Shown here in pieces: positions 39,506-49,570 of a stretch of DNA of 64,000 nt (the stretch's first letter is position 1; each line of letters starts with the position of its first letter). This stretch comes from Verrucomicrobiota bacterium (lineage in GTDB: Bacteria; Verrucomicrobiota; Lentisphaeria; Lentisphaerales; Lentisphaeraceae), in assembly GCA_039798785.1 (NCBI GenBank), contig JBDKFG010000002.1, forward strand, positions 1 through 64,000. The letters are read 5' to 3'. A program made the translations under genes and the position numbers. The notes below the pieces were generated by a model. It ran no database searches and was not told the DNA's origin. It saw only the letters and a list, made by a program, of their open reading frames with translations.

Positions 39506-40160
39506 GAAATGAGCTCAAAGACGCTTATCGATCCGAGTCAAATTTCCCCTTCTTGAACTGACGCAACTCATTGATATGAAAACAGTAAAAAACTAAATTA
39601 TTGAAGTCGTAGGGGTTTTGTTGGGGTTTTGCGCCTCCACCCATCGCCGACACCAGGGAAGAAGCTGGAGGCAACACTCGACCTACACTGACGGCGGCAA
39701 CGCTCCATCCTGCGCCGAACGGCGCAGGATGACGCTGGGTTTACGATTGCGTGGGTGCGGGCTGATTTAAGACGCGCACTGGCGCGGCATTGGTGCCGTT
39801 GGCAGCGGGCGCAACAACTGTGACAACTGTGACGATGGAAACGCGTCGACGGTTGCAGGCTACCGGGATCGGGCTAGACTGCTGGCTGATACCAATGTGA
39901 GTCCAAGACGCATGAATGAAGCCGCATATCTCGACACGCAGCTGTCAGAATTCCGACACAGACGGGCCGCTTTCCGGCCCCTGCGCCGCCATTCACATCG
40001 GTTCATATCGCGGATGTCGCAAATCAAGATCGTTAACATATCGGGATCACAGAATTTACAACTCATTCCAAATCAACACTGTGTCGCTCTGCGACGAGCG
40101 ACCACACCCAACAAGTCTGTGCTTGCTTGTGCTTGTTTTGGTCTTGCACACCTCGAAAAG

Positions 40161-40232
40161 ATTCACCTCCAGAAAGGCAGAAGACACAGAGATCTCAAAA
40201 ACCTCTGTGCCCTCTGCGCCTCTGTGGTGAAT
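40161..40232. repeat. REP-like imperfect inverted repeat (CACAGAG/CTCTGTG family)
   Basis: ATTCACC...GCAGAAGACACAGAG / CTCTGTGCCCTCTGCGCCTCTGTGGTGAAT downstream of pilT. Confidence 0.6.
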
Positions 40233-40239
40233 CAATCGT

Positions 40240-41346
40240 TCAGCCGAGGATGCCGCCGTCGGTGTTGAGGAAGATGCCGCGCAGGTTCATGCCGAGCTGT
40301 TCCTTGTTGTTGGCGGTCTCGAGGGCAGCCTGTTCGGTGATGGTGCCGTCGTTGACCATCTGCAGGAGACGCTGGTCGAAGGTGAACATGCCGGCTTCCT
40401 TGCCGGCGGCGATGGCGTTGCTGAGCTTGTCGATCTTGTCGTCGAGGATCAGCTTGCGGATCGTCGCGGTCTGCACCAGGACTTCGTTGCAGGGAGCGAC
40501 GCCCTTGCCCGAAGCACGCGCCACCAGGCGCTGGCAGACGATCGCCTTGACGTTTTCCGCCAGGGACTTGCGCACCGCGTCGCGCTCTTCATGGGGGTAC
40601 ATGTCGAGCAGGCGGTTGATCGACTGGCCGGCGTTGGAGGTGTGCAGGGTCCCCATCACCAAGTGACCGGTGTCGGCGGCCTGAACCGCCGATTCAAGCG
40701 AAGTGCGGTCGCGGATTTCACCGACGACGATGACGTCGGGGTCTTGACGCAGCGCGTGTTTAAGCGCCGAGGCGAAGGAGATGACGTCAATGCCGACTTC
40801 GCGCTGTTCGATGACGCAGTTCTTGTCGACGAAGTTGTATTCGATCGGGTCTTCAATGGTGATGATGTGGCGGTTCATGGTCTGGTTCATGAATTCCAGC
40901 ATGCAGGCCATGGTAGTGGATTTACCCGAGCCGGTGGCGCCGGTGACCAGGATGAGGCCGCGTTCATAGGCGGCGATGTTGAGGATGATCTCCGGCAGGC
41001 CAAGGGCCTGGATCGGCGGCACGGTGGACTTGACGTGGCGGAAGCACAGGCACATCAGGCCGCGCTGGCGGTGCAGGTTGGCGCGGAAACGGCCGACCCC
41101 GGTCTCCTCGAAGGCGAAGTCGGCGTCGCCAGTCTCTTCGTACTTGGCGAGGATCTTCTCGCTCGCGATCTGGAGGATGCAGTGAGTCAGGAAGGCCTTG
41201 TCCGGAACGAAGGAGGCGTCCATCTCGTAGAGCTCGCCGTGGATGCGCAAAGCCACCGGAGAGCCTTCGCGGATGTGCCAGTCGGAGGCGTTTTCCTGGA
41301 CGCCGGAGAGGAGGATAGGGTTGAGGTTGGAAGTGACGGATGGCAT
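40240..41346 (-). CDS. pilT: PilT/PilU family type IV pilus ATPase
   Basis: ASDWHI, GATGSGKSTT, TIEDPIE, LRQDPDVIVVGEIRD, GTLHTSNA; AGGAG RBS. Confidence 0.92.
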   Translation of the reverse strand: MPSVTSNLNPILLSGVQENASDWHIREGSPVALRIHGELYEMDASFVPDKAFLTHCILQIASEKILAKYEETGDADFAFEETGVGRFRANLHRQRGLMCLCFRHVKSTVPPIQALGLPEIILNIAAYERGLILVTGATGSGKSTTMACMLEFMNQTMNRHIITIEDPIEYNFVDKNCVIEQREVGIDVISFASALKHALRQDPDVIVVGEIRDRTSLESAVQAADTGHLVMGTLHTSNAGQSINRLLDMYPHEERDAVRKSLAENVKAIVCQRLVARASGKGVAPCNEVLVQTATIRKLILDDKIDKLSNAIAAGKEAGMFTFDQRLLQMVNDGTITEQAALETANNKEQLGMNLRGIFLNTDGGILG

Positions 41347-41429
41347 GTTCTGACTCCTCTGGGCTGTAAGGGGACTAGGCAAGGCGTTCTGACATTATAG
41401 CTTGAATGCGGCAAGAAAAGGAAGGGGCG

Positions 41430-42212
41430 ATGTGGCGATTTCTGCAAATCCTGAGTCTGCTCCTCCTCGCCTCCTGCGCCGGCGAAGGCGGCAGGCTGCT
41501 GCCCTCAGCCCCCGCCCCTCTTCCCGAGGCGGGAAATCACCGTCTCATCCTCTGCCGCAATCTCGACTACCCCTGGCCATGGGACTCCCTCCAGCCCTGG
41601 GCGACGAGCCAGGAGATCCTGGTAGCGATCGCCACGCGCTCCTGGGGGCTGCAGGAATCGCAGATCCGGCGCTTCGATGGCGACCCCAGTCACTGCTTGA
41701 ACGACCTCGAAGGATTCGACGGACCGCTCCTCATCGCCCTCAGCGGCCATGTCCTGGAGAGCGGCGAACTCCTCCTGCCGGATCGACGCCGAATCGCCCT
41801 GTCGTCTTGGATCGAAGGCTTGGCGACGCGACGCGGCCCCACTTGGCTCCTCCTCGACAACTGCCACTCGGGACGCTTTCAAGCGCCAGCCCATTCGCAG
41901 GTGCGCATCCTCAGCGTCTGCGGCAGGGACGAACTCAGCCGCGAGCTCCGCCTCAGCGCCAATCGCCTGCCCACCCTGCGTCGCCTCTACGCCCCGGGGA
42001 GACAATGGATCGAAGAGCGTTTCGACGCGAGATCCGTCTCCCCCCTCGGCCTCGTCCTCGCCCAGGTCGAAACCCAGGGTTGGCCCAAAGGCGGATTAGA
42101 TGCCAAGCTCCAAGCATTGACCACGGAAGCTCATCGGTTCAACTCCCTCCCCGGACTCGGCAATCAACGTTTTGATCTTCGCGGAATCCCCCCGTCCACC
42201 ACTGGACGCTGA
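41430..42212 (+). CDS. Lipoprotein with caspase-like (C14) His/Cys motifs
   Basis: Lipobox LLASC; ALSGH and LLLDNCHSG. Confidence 0.6.
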   Translation: MWRFLQILSLLLLASCAGEGGRLLPSAPAPLPEAGNHRLILCRNLDYPWPWDSLQPWATSQEILVAIATRSWGLQESQIRRFDGDPSHCLNDLEGFDGPLLIALSGHVLESGELLLPDRRRIALSSWIEGLATRRGPTWLLLDNCHSGRFQAPAHSQVRILSVCGRDELSRELRLSANRLPTLRRLYAPGRQWIEERFDARSVSPLGLVLAQVETQGWPKGGLDAKLQALTTEAHRFNSLPGLGNQRFDLRGIPPSTTGR

Positions 42213-42265
42213 GCGTTCGCGGCGTATTCTTGGCCCCGCCAAGTCTTCCCGGCCTGGCGACCTGC

Positions 42266-42349
42266 GCGCAGGTGGTGAAATGGCAGACACGGCGGTCTTA
42301 GAAGCCGCTGCCGAAAGGCGTAGGGGTTCAAGTCCCCTCTTGCGCACCA
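42266..42349 (+). tRNA. tRNA-Leu (TAG)
   Basis: Acceptor GCGCAGG/CTTGCGC + ACCA; D-loop TGGCAGAC; anticodon loop CTTAGAA; long variable arm; GGTTCAAGTCC T-arm. Confidence 0.97.
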
Positions 42350-42360
42350 GATTTAAAATC

Positions 42361-42396
42361 AACGGCTTGCATCGAAAGATGGAGGCCGTTTTTTTG
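42361..42396 (+). terminator. Terminator after tRNA-Leu
   Basis: AACGGCTT.CATC-gaaa-GATG.AGGCCGTT followed by a T-run. Confidence 0.8.
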
Positions 42397-42781
42397 GGTT
42401 GAAAATTTCGCGAGCAATCCGAAGCGTGAGCAGAAGACCGTGAAATTCGTGAGCGCTGAGCACAAATCTAGCTCAAATAAGCGTGAGCTGAGCACGAAGC
42501 TCTTTCCCGATAGCAAAATTATGGGCTAAGGGGCGCTAAGGGACTCCTTCAAGAATTTGCTGGCCCATCCAACAGACCCACATGACTGGATCTAAAGTTT
42601 GTCGGATCTTGGCTGTGTCGTAAACCGATTCCCGAGCTCTCGCATCCCGCCGCCTTTGTTGCCCAGACTTCCGCTTTCGGGTCATTCGAGGGCCATCCTT
42701 CTGGAAACGGCCACAGCCTTGGCATGGGGGCGAAAAGCCTCGCCCTGAGCGAAAGAAAGCAATCAGATTTGTTAGCGCCTC

Positions 42782-43510
42782 TTATTGCTGTGCCACTCCA
42801 TCCAATCTCTCCTTCAGCTCCTGCCACTCGGGCAGGAGCTGGGTGAGGAGTCGGTAGAAACGAGGGCTGTGGTTGTGTTCGGCAAGATGGCAGAGCTCGT
42901 GCAAGATAACATAGTCGATGCAGGGACGCGGAGCGCGGATGAGCTGGGGATTCAGGGTCAAGGTGCCTTTGGTCGAGCAGTTGCCCCACTGGGCCTTCAT
43001 GGTGAGGAGCTTGAGCTTGGGCTCTTCCTTGATCCAGGTGAGCTGCGGTAGTAGAGCCGCGAGGCGCTGAGGAAAGAGTTCGCGAGCTCGCTCCTTGTAC
43101 CACTGCGCCAGGAGTTCGCGTCCCTTGACGGGATCGCTCTCGCGTTGGGTGACTTCGAGCTGCCCACGCCACAGCCGCACACGAGGCTGAGCCTCGGCGT
43201 CGACGATAACCTTGAGCTGGTGGCGTCGCCCGAGGTAGAGATGGCTTTCGCCGCTGACGAAGCTGCGCTCGGGGCGTTCCTGAAGCTGCGCCCGGAAGTG
43301 TTCCAGTTGTTCGTGAATCCAGCGGCCTCGCCGCTTCAAGGCGGCCAGGACTTCGGCGTCACTGGCGTCGAGACGCGCATGGGCGACGACACGCCCCTCG
43401 GGATGAACCTTGATCAGTAGACGCGGCACGGTGCTGCGACGTTCTTCACGTTCGCAGGAGATGATCTTGCCGCCGTAGAGGAAGCGCAACAGCCCCGAAT
43501 TCCCCTTCAC
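42782..43510 (-). CDS. M48/YgjP (DUF45) zinc metallopeptidase typically following hsdR
   Basis: SGESHLYLGR, QWGNCS, IDYVILHELCH..HNHSPRF. Confidence 0.92.
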   Translation of the reverse strand: MKGNSGLLRFLYGGKIISCEREERRSTVPRLLIKVHPEGRVVAHARLDASDAEVLAALKRRGRWIHEQLEHFRAQLQERPERSFVSGESHLYLGRRHQLKVIVDAEAQPRVRLWRGQLEVTQRESDPVKGRELLAQWYKERARELFPQRLAALLPQLTWIKEEPKLKLLTMKAQWGNCSTKGTLTLNPQLIRAPRPCIDYVILHELCHLAEHNHSPRFYRLLTQLLPEWQELKERLDGVAQQ

Positions 43511-46500
43511 TTTTCGGCCTTCCCGCTTCTCGTGATCTGCACGATCTTGTCGACCATCGCTTTGGCGTGGTCCATGCCGGCGCCCTTAGCTTTGCACTCG
43601 GCGAAGAGGCGCGGTAGCAGGCTCTTGCGGATGGCGGCTTCGATGTTCTGCGGGTTGAGGGAGTTCTCGGCCACGGCCTGGTCGATCTGGCCTTCGAGTT
43701 CCTTGGCGAGTTTCACCCAGTGGTCTTCGTCGGCGGGAGCGATTGTGCCGAAGCTGTCCAGCAGGCTCATCTTGAAGACGCCGTAGCAGGATTGGGCCAG
43801 GCGTTGACCCTGGAAGCGGTCGACGGGAACGCCGGGGGCCTGGCGCTCCTGCACCTTCTCTTCGAACTCACGGAAGAGCATGTACTGCTTGAGCGGGTGC
43901 TCGAAGAGTTTCTTGGCTTCCTCAATCACTTCGCGCAGCATCTTCGAGAAGGCCTCCTGGGCGTAGGGGTCGTCGCGCAGGTCTTGCTCGATCTTCTTCG
44001 GCAGACGGCTCTTGATGATGTCGGTCTCGTTGCGGGTCTTGCTCTCGCTCCAATCTTCGAGCTTCTGCGGCTTGCCCATGCGGCCGACTTCGTAGACGCC
44101 TTCGGGTTCGCAGACCTCGATGCCGATCACATGCTTGTCGAGCAGTTTCTTGATCTGCGGCGCGTAGGCCTCGTAACTGATGGTCTCGCCGGCGTCGCGA
44201 CGGGCGAGCTGACGAAGGCTGGAAAGGACCTTGAGGGTCTCCTTGTAGCGGTTGCGATCGGCGTCGCTGAAGCTCTTGTCGGCGAAGAAGCTGGCGGATT
44301 GCAGGGCCACCTTGAGGCAGGTGCCAAACTCGGTGAGGGCGGCGTAGAAGTCGTCGCGCACCTTCTGGTTGCGGTCGACCATCTCCTTGCGGCCGTCGAG
44401 ATCTACTTCCTCCAGTTGCGGCACCAACACTTGGCGGAGCTGCTCGATGTCCTGCTTGTTCTTGACCGCCTTGAAGAAGCTCCACACCTGGTCGTGCAGA
44501 CGCGGCAAGCGCTTGTATTCGCTGCTCATCTGCTGGTACAGGCCCTCCAAGTCTTGGGCGTCGAAGCCGCCGAGGGTGCGGGCGGCGAGATCCTGGTACT
44601 TGGCCAAGGTGGTGTCGAGCTCGGAAAGGATGCCGCGGTAGTCAATCAGAAGGCCGAACTTCTTCTTCTCGTGCAGGCGGTTGACCCGAGCAATGGCCTG
44701 CAGGAGGTTGTGCTCCTTCAGGGGCTTGTCGATGTAGAGCACGGAGTTCAAGGGCTCGTCAAAGCCGGTGAGGAGTTTGTCGACAACGATCAAAAGGCGC
44801 AGGGCGGGATCTTCCTCGAAGCGCTTGATCATTTCCTTGGCGTAGTCGCTCTCGTCCTTGTTGCCGACGTTGTCTTTCCACCACTTGCTGACCTCGGGCT
44901 GGGCGCTTTCGTCGACCTCGGTGTTGCCCTCGCGGGTATCCGGGGCGGAGATGACGACGGCTGATTCAAAGAGGCCGGCTTCGTCGAGGTAGCGCTTGTA
45001 CTGGATCGCGGCGAGCTTGGAATCGCAGGCGAGCTGGCCCTTCAGGGGCTCTTCGATGTTCTTCGAGAGGTGATCGGCGATGTCCAGGGCGATCAGGCGG
45101 ATGCGGTCCTCGGCGGCGTAGATCTGGCCCTTCTTGGCGAACTTCTGCTTCAGGTCGCTCTTCTGCTTGCTGGTGAGATCGGTCGTGATGCGCTCGAACC
45201 AGGTGTCGATGGCGCGCTCGTTCACTTCCAGGTCGGGGACGCGCTCTTCGTAGAGCAAGGGGGTGACGGTCTGGTCGGCGACGGCGCGCTGCATGGTGTA
45301 GGCGTGGACGATGGAGCCGAACTTGCCAGTGGTCTTGTCTTCCTTCAGCAGGGGCGTGCCGGTGAAGGCGACGAAGGCGGCCTTGGGCAGGGCGAGCTTC
45401 ATCCGCTCGTGGTTCTCGCCGCCCTGACTGCGGTGGCCTTCATCCACCAGCACGATGATGTCGCTGCTGTCGTTCTTGCACTCGGGCAGCTTGGTCGCGG
45501 TGTTGAACTTCTGCACCAGAGTGAAGATGATGCGCTCGCTGCCGGAGCCGATCTGTTCGGCGAGGCGTTTACCGGTGCTCGCCAGGGCCTCACCTTGATC
45601 CTTCTTGCTCAGTTCGCCGCCGCTGGCGAAGCTGCGGCTGAGCTGGGTCTCCAGGTCGACGCGGTCGGTGACGACGATCAGGCGGCATTGCTTCAAGGCG
45701 GGATGGAAGATCAGGGCCTTGGAGAGCAGCACCATGGTGAAGCTCTTGCCGGAGCCGGTGGTGTGCCAGATGACGCCGCCTTCGCGGGCGCCGCCCGGGC
45801 TCTTGCGGCAGACGCGCTCGATCAGGCGCTTGATGCCGAAAACCTGCTGGTGACGCGCCACGATCTTGCCGGCCTTCTTGTCGAAAAGGGTATAGAAACG
45901 GGTCATTTCCAAAAGGCGTTGCGGACTCAGCAAACTGATGATCAGGCGATCCTGGTCGGTGACGGCGAGTTCGCCGCCAGCGCGCAGTTCCTGGTACCAG
46001 TCTCGATCGCCAGCCTTGCGGTGGCCAAAGAGGCAAACGAGCTGCTCCGCGCTCAAGGGGCTGTTCTTGACACGGTGGAAATGGCTGTCGCTGAAGTCCT
46101 CCTCGGCCCAGACGGCCCAGAATTTGGTGGCCGTTCCCTGGGTGCCGTATCGCCCTTCGGCGCCGTTGATCGACATCAGGATCTGGGAATATGCGTAGAG
46201 ATGGGGAATCTCATCGGGACGTTGGTTGCGCAGATGCTGCGAAATCCCCTCTTCCACCGTCGGTCCGCGCCCGGCATGGCCATCAGGACGCTTGGCCTCG
46301 ATCACCGCCAAGGGCAGGCCATTGACGAAGCAGACGATGTCGGGACGCCGGGTCTCGATGCCGCCGCTGCGGAGGAGGCAAAACTCTTCAGTGAAGTGGA
46401 AGCGGTTGTTCTCCGGCTTCTCCCAGTCGATCAGGGGAATCGTCGGGCTGAGTTTCTTGCCCTCGACAAAGACGGTCGTGCTGACGCCGTAGATTAGGGC

Positions 46501-46788
46501 ATTGCTCAGGGTCTCGTTGGCCTTGCCCAGACCTTCGTTGAGAGGCGGCGTGGCCACATGGTTGATGATGTCGTCAATCGCCGCTTCGCTCAGGGCATGG
46601 AGTCCGCCGGCATGGGGGAAACGCCGCTGCCGCAGCTCACCTCGCAGAACCTCACGCAAGACCACTTCATGGGTCTTGCCGCTCCGCGCCGCCAAGGCCT
46701 GGTCGGGACTCAGGAAGCTCCAGCCAAGCTGGCTCAGCAGAGCCAGGGCGGGGATCTTGGAGCTGTATTCTTCTTGAAAGCGGATCAT
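43507..46788 (-). CDS. hsdR: Type I restriction subunit R
   Basis: RRPDIV.FVNGLPLAVIEAK nuclease; HTTGSGKS; DEGHR; FTGTP; LLTGFD; LLQAIARVNR. Confidence 0.96.
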   Translation of the reverse strand: MIRFQEEYSSKIPALALLSQLGWSFLSPDQALAARSGKTHEVVLREVLRGELRQRRFPHAGGLHALSEAAIDDIINHVATPPLNEGLGKANETLSNALIYGVSTTVFVEGKKLSPTIPLIDWEKPENNRFHFTEEFCLLRSGGIETRRPDIVCFVNGLPLAVIEAKRPDGHAGRGPTVEEGISQHLRNQRPDEIPHLYAYSQILMSINGAEGRYGTQGTATKFWAVWAEEDFSDSHFHRVKNSPLSAEQLVCLFGHRKAGDRDWYQELRAGGELAVTDQDRLIISLLSPQRLLEMTRFYTLFDKKAGKIVARHQQVFGIKRLIERVCRKSPGGAREGGVIWHTTGSGKSFTMVLLSKALIFHPALKQCRLIVVTDRVDLETQLSRSFASGGELSKKDQGEALASTGKRLAEQIGSGSERIIFTLVQKFNTATKLPECKNDSSDIIVLVDEGHRSQGGENHERMKLALPKAAFVAFTGTPLLKEDKTTGKFGSIVHAYTMQRAVADQTVTPLLYEERVPDLEVNERAIDTWFERITTDLTSKQKSDLKQKFAKKGQIYAAEDRIRLIALDIADHLSKNIEEPLKGQLACDSKLAAIQYKRYLDEAGLFESAVVISAPDTREGNTEVDESAQPEVSKWWKDNVGNKDESDYAKEMIKRFEEDPALRLLIVVDKLLTGFDEPLNSVLYIDKPLKEHNLLQAIARVNRLHEKKKFGLLIDYRGILSELDTTLAKYQDLAARTLGGFDAQDLEGLYQQMSSEYKRLPRLHDQVWSFFKAVKNKQDIEQLRQVLVPQLEEVDLDGRKEMVDRNQKVRDDFYAALTEFGTCLKVALQSASFFADKSFSDADRNRYKETLKVLSSLRQLARRDAGETISYEAYAPQIKKLLDKHVIGIEVCEPEGVYEVGRMGKPQKLEDWSESKTRNETDIIKSRLPKKIEQDLRDDPYAQEAFSKMLREVIEEAKKLFEHPLKQYMLFREFEEKVQERQAPGVPVDRFQGQRLAQSCYGVFKMSLLDSFGTIAPADEDHWVKLAKELEGQIDQAVAENSLNPQNIEAAIRKSLLPRLFAECKAKGAGMDHAKAMVDKIVQITRSGKAEK

Positions 46789-46912
46789 ATGCAGAGTGAG
46801 GGGTGAAGGATTAATAGAGAAAATGGTGGCAGCAGATACATGGTGCAAAGACTGCGGGGAGTTGCAATCGAGCTGCATTCGCGTATCTTCAAGGCTGAAC
46901 TAAGGGGGAAGC

Positions 46913-47446
46913 ATGAGCACCATTCTAAACGAAATTCGCTACGCGACCTTAGCTCTCCCTCAGAAGAATTTTGGCTTGAGTGGTGCAAACGAGCCTGAGA
47001 AGGAGTTTGCCGATGCATTCTCCTCTGTTTATATGAATTCATACGCATGTATCCATAAGCCTCGGGTTGATGAAGAACAGATATTTCTCCGGGAGTTCCC
47101 CGTACCTAGTCTTGGCATCGCCGATCTGGTTTCTATTTCTATGATCGATAGCGAGCCTAGATTGATCCGCGCCTTTGAATTCAAAATTGACGCTTGGAGC
47201 AAAGGCTTGTCTCAGGCGTTTAGATACAACTATTATGCGGATGCCGCAATTCTGGTTGTTCCCACAAAAAAACTTGATGCTGCTCAAAAATCTTTGGATC
47301 TTTTTGAGAGCGCCCAAGTGGGGCTGTGGGGATTCGACATGAAAACCCTGAAAATTGCGCGGGTGTTCACTCCACGGCCTAAGAAGGCTTATATGAATAA
47401 ATACAGACAAATTGCACTCCGTAATTTAGAGGTTGTCATCGGGTAG
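46913..47446 (+). CDS. Small PD-(D/E)XK-fold protein (MmcB/sce7726-like)
   Basis: REF...IADLV...AFEFKI..W..GLSQA..Y..YAD; convergent 21-bp overlap with the next gene. Confidence 0.65.
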   Translation: MSTILNEIRYATLALPQKNFGLSGANEPEKEFADAFSSVYMNSYACIHKPRVDEEQIFLREFPVPSLGIADLVSISMIDSEPRLIRAFEFKIDAWSKGLSQAFRYNYYADAAILVVPTKKLDAAQKSLDLFESAQVGLWGFDMKTLKIARVFTPRPKKAYMNKYRQIALRNLEVVIG

Positions 47447-48637
47447 TTCAGCCGCTTCTCTAAAATGTCTAATGCCGTCTTTAAGTGGCTTTAGGTGTTC
47501 TTTTGTCGACTTTCTATCTAAAGCCATTCGGCTATTAGAAATCATTGCATATGTTGACTCCGCAAAACCAATACTTAAACCGCAATTTTTAAGACTCTGA
47601 TGAACATCTCCTTCAACGATAATATCTTGACAAAGTGAGCTGATAGATTGCCAAGATTGCAAAACTTCAAAAGTGCGCTCTTCCGGTTCTGGGGCGTAGT
47701 ATTTATCTGTCTCTAGCTTGTTGATAATTTTTCCAATTCCATAGCTTAACATTTGTTCTTTTTCAGCGAAGGTTATTCGATTAAGAAGGATTTTGCTTAA
47801 ATATCTATAAACAGGTTGCCGACCTTGCGATGGCTCGGGGAAAAACTTTTCCATTGAAAACGTTCTGAGATTCTCCCACCAGCCAGTTGCGCCAGCATAA
47901 GCACCAGCTGCGCCTAGGAATGGTGTTAACAAATCCGAGTAACCATTTATTACCTTAAACCCGTTTATTTTCAAGGCGTGGTTCAAGAGCATCCAGTTGC
48001 CGATGACATCAGAGTTGTAGATGTCAGATCTAATTTGTGCGGAACGCGATCCGATAATTACATAAAAACCATCCGGAGAGTCCTCCTCAAGCATCGTAAT
48101 ATCATTAAGGAATTCTCTGAAATTTCCTTGGTCAATCAATGCCTCGCGATTTATAGCCAATGTCGTGTAGAGCGGCAAGGCAGAAAACTCAGAGTTTCCA
48201 TGAATCGCCCTAGCTTGGCGAATGAAATTTTTCGCGATAACTGCTTCCTGAGAATCCAAAGATTGTGAGACGTATATATTGGGCGATATTACACCATTTA
48301 AATTCAGACCTGATAAACATCTGTAATATTCACTGAGGATAAAATCCACATTCTTTATTTGCTCCAATTGGCGCTTTTGGTAACATTTGAAATATTCCCA
48401 CTCAGGAAGATTGCCGAGTTTTGCATTTTCGCCCTGGGACCCAAGAGCGGCATAAAACTGGGGATCAATGAAATATTCTGCATCCACCCCATTTTTTCGA
48501 TGCTCCTCAATTAACTTATTGATTTTGGTAGGGTCCGATTCTTTTGGGCTAAAGATGGCTCCATTGAGGTATCCAAGCTTGATGGCCTCTTTTATTTTGT
48601 CTTTCGGTCCATGACCAGACTGTGCATAAAGCTTCAT
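47426..48637 (-). CDS. Unknown 403-aa protein (alternating beta/alpha, possible TIM barrel)
   Basis: Low-GC ORF; ATGA-coupled to the kinase; motifs GAIFSP, FIDPQFY, PDGFYV, GYSD, ATGW..NLR. Confidence 0.75.
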   Translation of the reverse strand: MKLYAQSGHGPKDKIKEAIKLGYLNGAIFSPKESDPTKINKLIEEHRKNGVDAEYFIDPQFYAALGSQGENAKLGNLPEWEYFKCYQKRQLEQIKNVDFILSEYYRCLSGLNLNGVISPNIYVSQSLDSQEAVIAKNFIRQARAIHGNSEFSALPLYTTLAINREALIDQGNFREFLNDITMLEEDSPDGFYVIIGSRSAQIRSDIYNSDVIGNWMLLNHALKINGFKVINGYSDLLTPFLGAAGAYAGATGWWENLRTFSMEKFFPEPSQGRQPVYRYLSKILLNRITFAEKEQMLSYGIGKIINKLETDKYYAPEPEERTFEVLQSWQSISSLCQDIIVEGDVHQSLKNCGLSIGFAESTYAMISNSRMALDRKSTKEHLKPLKDGIRHFREAAELPDDNL

Positions 48638-49557
48638 TTGACATCTCCTAACTTTCTGATTAACATAGTCAAGTTATTTGGCCTTAGCGCCGGGCTTTTT
48701 TTAATCAATTGATCAATGGTTTCGCAAAAATCCTTTGGCAAATCGGGCCTGCGAAGTGTCAGTGGCGGCGGGGCATTATTGATAATCCGATGAAGAGTAT
48801 TATAAACGGAGTCATCGCGCCGCATGAAGGGATTATCTCCGGTAGCATGTTCATATATTACTAGTCCAGACGTGTACAAATCTGACCTATAATCCAAGTT
48901 TTCACGGAAACTATTTTGAAGCATTTCAGGAGCTAAATAATATCGCGTCCCAGGAATCGCGCCTTGATTTTGAGTTAAGGCTGTGCCCCCAACAATAAAA
49001 GCAATTCCTAAATCAAGCAGAATAAACTGTCTGGAGCTATCACTTGTCATCATTATGTTTTCCGGCTTGATATCTCTATGAATAGCATTTAAAGCCGTCA
49101 TCCCCTTGATCGATTCCATCAAACATAATGCCAGCTTTCGCAATTCATCTATTGATGGAGAACGATTAGGATTTATCATTCTTCTAAGCATCACACCATC
49201 AATGTATTCTTCTGAGTAGAATAAGTATTTCTGTCCGTTAATAGATTTTTCAAATGGATGAATCGATCCAAGCTTCACCATGTATTTTGAATTACATTTT
49301 CTAAGAATATCGATCTCTCGATAAATTCTCTTTAGATTCTCCTCTTGATCTTCATCAATTTTTTGCTTGTCTAGATCCTCTTCTTCATCTGCATTGACCG
49401 AGCTTGGTATCGCGACAACCTTAATTGCTTCATAAATATTTTCGGATATGACCTTCGCCTTAAACACCATCTTGAAACTTCCCTTGCCGAGGTATGTAGG
49501 CTCGGAAATTCCAGGGCAATGCAAAAGCAGATCTTCGGGAGTGAAATTGAAAGTCAT
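48634..49557 (-). CDS. Hanks-type Ser/Thr protein kinase
   Basis: LGKGSFKMV, AIK, HRDIKPENI, DLG, GTRYYLAPE, SDLY. Confidence 0.93.
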   Translation of the reverse strand: MTFNFTPEDLLLHCPGISEPTYLGKGSFKMVFKAKVISENIYEAIKVVAIPSSVNADEEEDLDKQKIDEDQEENLKRIYREIDILRKCNSKYMVKLGSIHPFEKSINGQKYLFYSEEYIDGVMLRRMINPNRSPSIDELRKLALCLMESIKGMTALNAIHRDIKPENIMMTSDSSRQFILLDLGIAFIVGGTALTQNQGAIPGTRYYLAPEMLQNSFRENLDYRSDLYTSGLVIYEHATGDNPFMRRDDSVYNTLHRIINNAPPPLTLRRPDLPKDFCETIDQLIKKSPALRPNNLTMLIRKLGDVK

Positions 49558-49570
49558 AATGATGGCTCCT

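Noticed and set aside
43720..46497. 414-aa and 475-aa + strand ORFs
   Set aside because: Antisense shadows of hsdR
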